Source: Vulcanimicrobiota bacterium
Lineage (GTDB): Bacteria > Vulcanimicrobiota > Vulcanimicrobiia > Vulcanimicrobiales > Vulcanimicrobiaceae
DNA length: 36,689 bases
NCBI GenBank assembly: GCA_003133025.1
Contig: PKZK01000244.1
Span: 15,603 to 52,291 of the forward strand
Reading direction: 5' to 3'
Shown here: positions 34,280 to 36,689 of the stretch, in pieces
Layout of the letters: every line of letters starts with the position of its first letter
Numbering within the stretch: position 1 is the stretch's first letter
Notes under the pieces: model-generated
Databases searched by the model: none
What the model was told of the DNA's origin: nothing
Seen by the model: only the letters and a program-made list of their open reading frames with translations
Translations under genes and position numbers: made by a program

Positions 34280-35251
34280 ATGTTCTCGCTCGTCGACAAG
34301 TCCCTGTACGTGGCCGACCTCGACCTCTGGATCGACTCGCTGCGTCAACGCTCGCGCTCCTACGTCTCGCACGGCCACGCGGACCACGCCCGCGCGCACG
34401 ACCTCGTGGTCACCTCGATCGACAGCGCGCGCATCTGCCGGGCCCGTTTTCGCGACGCGAAAGCCACCTTCGAAACACACCCGTTCAACGAACCGTGGGA
34501 TGAGGGCGAGCACCGGCTGACGCTGTTTTCCGCGGGCCACGTATTGGGCAGCTCGCAACTGTTGATCGAGGGCGAACGGGGCAGCTTCGTATACACCGGC
34601 GACTTCAAGCTGGAGCCCTCGTTTTCGATCGAGCCCGCCGAGGTGAAGCGCTGCGACGTCGTGTTGATGGAGTGTACCTACGGCCGGCCGCAATACGTCT
34701 TTCCGCCGCGCGCGGAGATTGCGGCGGCGATGGTCGCCTGGGCGCGCCGCGCGCTCGAAGACGGCGCGGTGCCGATTTTCTACGCGTACTCACTGGGCAA
34801 GGCGCAGGAAGCGATCGCGATCCTCGGCCGCGCCGGTTTACCGCTGACGGCGCACGGCGCGATCCACACGATCTCGGCGGTCTATGCGGAGGCCGGCGTC
34901 GACCTGCCGCACTGCGCGCGCTACGATGCCGAAACGTTCGACGGCGCGGGCGTGCTGCTCTGGCCGCCCTCGGGACGCAGCCTACCCAAAGCCGTGCGCG
35001 GCCGGAACGTGCGCACGGCGTCGCTCACCGGCTGGAGCGTCGCGCGCGACACGCAGTGGCGCGGCGGCGCCGACACGGGCTTCCCGCTCTCCGACCACGC
35101 CGACTTTCCGTCGCTCTTACGCTACGTCGAGTTGGCGCAGCCGCGCAAAGTGCTGCTCAACCACGGCTGGAAAGACTTCGTGCACCGCCTGCGCCGCCTC
35201 GGCATCGACGCCGAATACCTCGAATCCAACCCGCAACTCGCGCTCTTTTAG
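34280..35251 (+). CDS. DNA ligase-associated exonuclease (metallo-beta-lactamase/beta-CASP fold)
   Basis: HGHADHA metal motif, [29 protein letters not shown] and SDHADF. This is the pattern of the ligase-associated damage-response exonuclease family. Confidence 0.8.
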   Translation: MFSLVDKSLYVADLDLWIDSLRQRSRSYVSHGHADHARAHDLVVTSIDSARICRARFRDAKATFETHPFNEPWDEGEHRLTLFSAGHVLGSSQLLIEGERGSFVYTGDFKLEPSFSIEPAEVKRCDVVLMECTYGRPQYVFPPRAEIAAAMVAWARRALEDGAVPIFYAYSLGKAQEAIAILGRAGLPLTAHGAIHTISAVYAEAGVDLPHCARYDAETFDGAGVLLWPPSGRSLPKAVRGRNVRTASLTGWSVARDTQWRGGADTGFPLSDHADFPSLLRYVELAQPRKVLLNHGWKDFVHRLRRLGIDAEYLESNPQLALF

Positions 35252-35261
35252 CGACGGATGT

Positions 35262-35540
35262 CTAGTCGGTGCCCACGTCCCACATGAGGCCCAGATCGCG
35301 TTTCGAAAAGGCGCGGAAGGCGGTCAGCGTTTCGGTGCGGATTACGCCGGTGAGGCCGGCCATGTGCTCGGTCACCAGATCGGCGAGGTCCTCGTGACGT
35401 TTCACGCGCGCGATCGCGACCAGATCGTACGGTCCCGCGACGCTATACACTTCGGTGATGCCCGGGATCTCCAGCAACTGCTCGGCGAGCGCCTTGACCG
35501 CGCCGGGCGCGATCGTGAACATCACGAAGGCCGTGATCAT
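35262..35540 (-). CDS. Stand-alone Lrp/AsnC-type ligand-binding (RAM) domain protein, no HTH
   Basis: 92 aa. AFVMFTIAPGAVKALAEQLLEIPGITEVYSVAGPYDLVAIARV is typical of AsnC-family effector domains. Confidence 0.7.
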   Translation of the reverse strand: MITAFVMFTIAPGAVKALAEQLLEIPGITEVYSVAGPYDLVAIARVKRHEDLADLVTEHMAGLTGVIRTETLTAFRAFSKRDLGLMWDVGTD

Positions 35541-35550
35541 GCGCGCGTGC

Positions 35551-36249
35551 TTAGCTGAAGTCGTCGGGCTTGAAGCCGTTGTTCAATTTGACGTCCTTGA
35601 ACGTCTCGGTCTTCACCAGCGCGGCACCCACGTATTGCTGGCGTCGCACGGGCAGATGCTTATCGTTGCCGATGAAGAGCACGTCCTTCGAGACGTTGGC
35701 GTTCGACTTGGGATCGGTCACGACCAGCGTCACCTGCGTGGTCGCCTGTCCGTCGATCGTCGGGCCCGGGGCTTCGCTCAGCGTGCCGGGCGTCGTTTCG
35801 TAATGCTTGATCTCCCACTCGAACGAGGCCACTTCGAGGTTGTCGCCGCGCAGCGACGCTGCGCGCGGATCGTGAATGTCGATGACCATGTGCATGCCCG
35901 AGAGCAGGCCGCCCTGATGGCCGCGGATCTTATCGCCGCCGCGCCAGGCCGCACCGCCGCCCTTGCCGGGCCCGTCGGTGATTTCGATCTGTGCGAAGGT
36001 CGGGCGCATCCAGCGATAGCTGTACGTGCGATCCTGCGTCTGCTTGCCGTCGTCGGTCGTCTCGTGCACGACGATGTTCTCTTGATAGTCCTTGACGTCG
36101 GCAAACGTCTTGGCAAACGTTTCGAACGCGGGCGGGACCTTGTTATCGGCCAGCGCCGAGACGGCGGAGAACGGGGCGGCCGCGGCGAGGAGCGCGAGGC
36201 ACGCGGTCGCGCGCGCCCATGAACGAATCGTGGTCATCCGTACGCGCAT
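35551..36249 (-). CDS. Secreted LolA-like / lipoprotein-sorting-fold protein (DUF-type), tentative
   Basis: Signal peptide ...TACLALLAAAAPFSAVSALA. Beta-rich body ending FKDVKLNNGFKPDDF, as in LolA-like DUF families. ATG 36249 or 36237. The longer track start would overlap the ligase gene start. Confidence 0.55.
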   Translation of the reverse strand: MRVRMTTIRSWARATACLALLAAAAPFSAVSALADNKVPPAFETFAKTFADVKDYQENIVVHETTDDGKQTQDRTYSYRWMRPTFAQIEITDGPGKGGGAAWRGGDKIRGHQGGLLSGMHMVIDIHDPRAASLRGDNLEVASFEWEIKHYETTPGTLSEAPGPTIDGQATTQVTLVVTDPKSNANVSKDVLFIGNDKHLPVRRQQYVGAALVKTETFKDVKLNNGFKPDDFS

Positions 36250-36286
36250 TCTCCCGCCTGCGGTTGAGTCCCCCGCGGAGGCGGGG

Positions 36287-36689
36287 ATGATCGCCTTCGC
36301 CGCGGCCTGCGACGCCGTCGCCGCAACGCCCGCAAAGTCGCTCAAAATCGAGCGTCTATCGGCCTATTTCCGCTCGCTCGACCCGCCCGATCTGGCCGCC
36401 GCAGCGCGCTTTACCGCGGGTAAGCCGCTCGGCGCCGCCGACGACCGCAAGCTGGCGATCGGCGGCCGTACGATCCTGGCCGCCGCCCGGCGCGCCTGGA
36501 ACGTCGACGACGTCGCGCTCTCGGCCGGCTATCGCGAGACCGGCGACCTCGGCGAGGCGCTCGGCCCTCTGCTGCGCGAGCCGGCCACGCCTTCGCTCTT
36601 TGCCGAGACGCTCACGCCGGCCGCCTTCGCCGCAATCCTCGACGAGATCGCCTCGGCCTCGGGCCCGTCGGACGGCAAGAAACGGGAAC
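36287..36689 (+). CDS. ATP-dependent DNA ligase, N-terminal DNA-binding domain (5' partial, continues past window end)
   Basis: GGAGG (36277-36281) precedes ATG 36287. MIAFAAACDAVAATPAKSLKIERLSAYFRSLDPPDLAAAARFTAGKPLG...GYRETGDLGEAL resembles the N-terminus of bacterial ligase-associated-operon ATP ligases. The frame is open to the window end, so it is absent from the ORF track. Confidence 0.7.
   Translation, partial: MIAFAAACDAVAATPAKSLKIERLSAYFRSLDPPDLAAAARFTAGKPLGAADDRKLAIGGRTILAAARRAWNVDDVALSAGYRETGDLGEALGPLLREPATPSLFAETLTPAAFAAILDEIASASGPSDGKKRE

Noticed and set aside
1-36689. Search for tRNA/rRNA, CRISPR arrays, IS elements, integrases, phage or toxin-antitoxin modules
   Set aside because: No intergenic gap exceeds about 160 nt. 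No transposase- or integrase-like translation, terminal inverted repeats or spaced repeat arrays were seen.

Overview
GC-rich (by eye about two-thirds G+C) bacterial chromosomal window. It is densely coding: about 35 genes, most gaps under 100 nt, and many 1-4 nt start/stop overlaps. I found no rRNA, tRNA, CRISPR array, transposase or integrase. All product calls come from motif recognition by eye; no searches were run. Many long ORFs in the track are antisense shadows typical of GC-rich DNA.

Layout:
(1) 1-13.1 kb is a glycan assembly locus. It holds gmhB and a transaldolase, then an ABC-2 exporter pair (Wzm/Wzt-like) followed by a tiny Pro/Thr-rich secreted ORF. A secreted protein made of two copies of an uncharacterised module sits divergently. 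An 8-gene minus-strand operon follows: small helical protein, GT4-GT4 fusion, GT4, fcl, GT9, stand-alone coiled coil, GT2, and GT2 with a C-terminal module.
(2) 13.2-21.9 kb holds a VanZ-like protein, metH, a Fic-wHTH protein whose catalytic His is Arg (coupled to a membrane alpha/beta hydrolase), and a ceruloplasmin-like two-domain multicopper oxidase followed 4 nt later by livG/livF.
(3) 22-25.1 kb holds livM/livH and a binding protein, convergent to livGF.
(4) 25.2-34.1 kb is a minus-strand run of cysK, a strong stem-loop, a secreted double M16 peptidase, an Asparaginase_II protein, an orphan RND pump and a proline iminopeptidase.
(5) 34.2-36.7 kb is a DNA-ligase-associated damage-response locus. 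It has a perfect TCGAAC-N4-GTTCGA SOS box 4 nt before the exonuclease gene, and is split by two antisense genes.

Best candidates for something undescribed: the coiled-coil/GT2 junction and recurring module in the glycan locus, the SOS-boxed split ligase locus, and the degenerate Fic-hydrolase pair.
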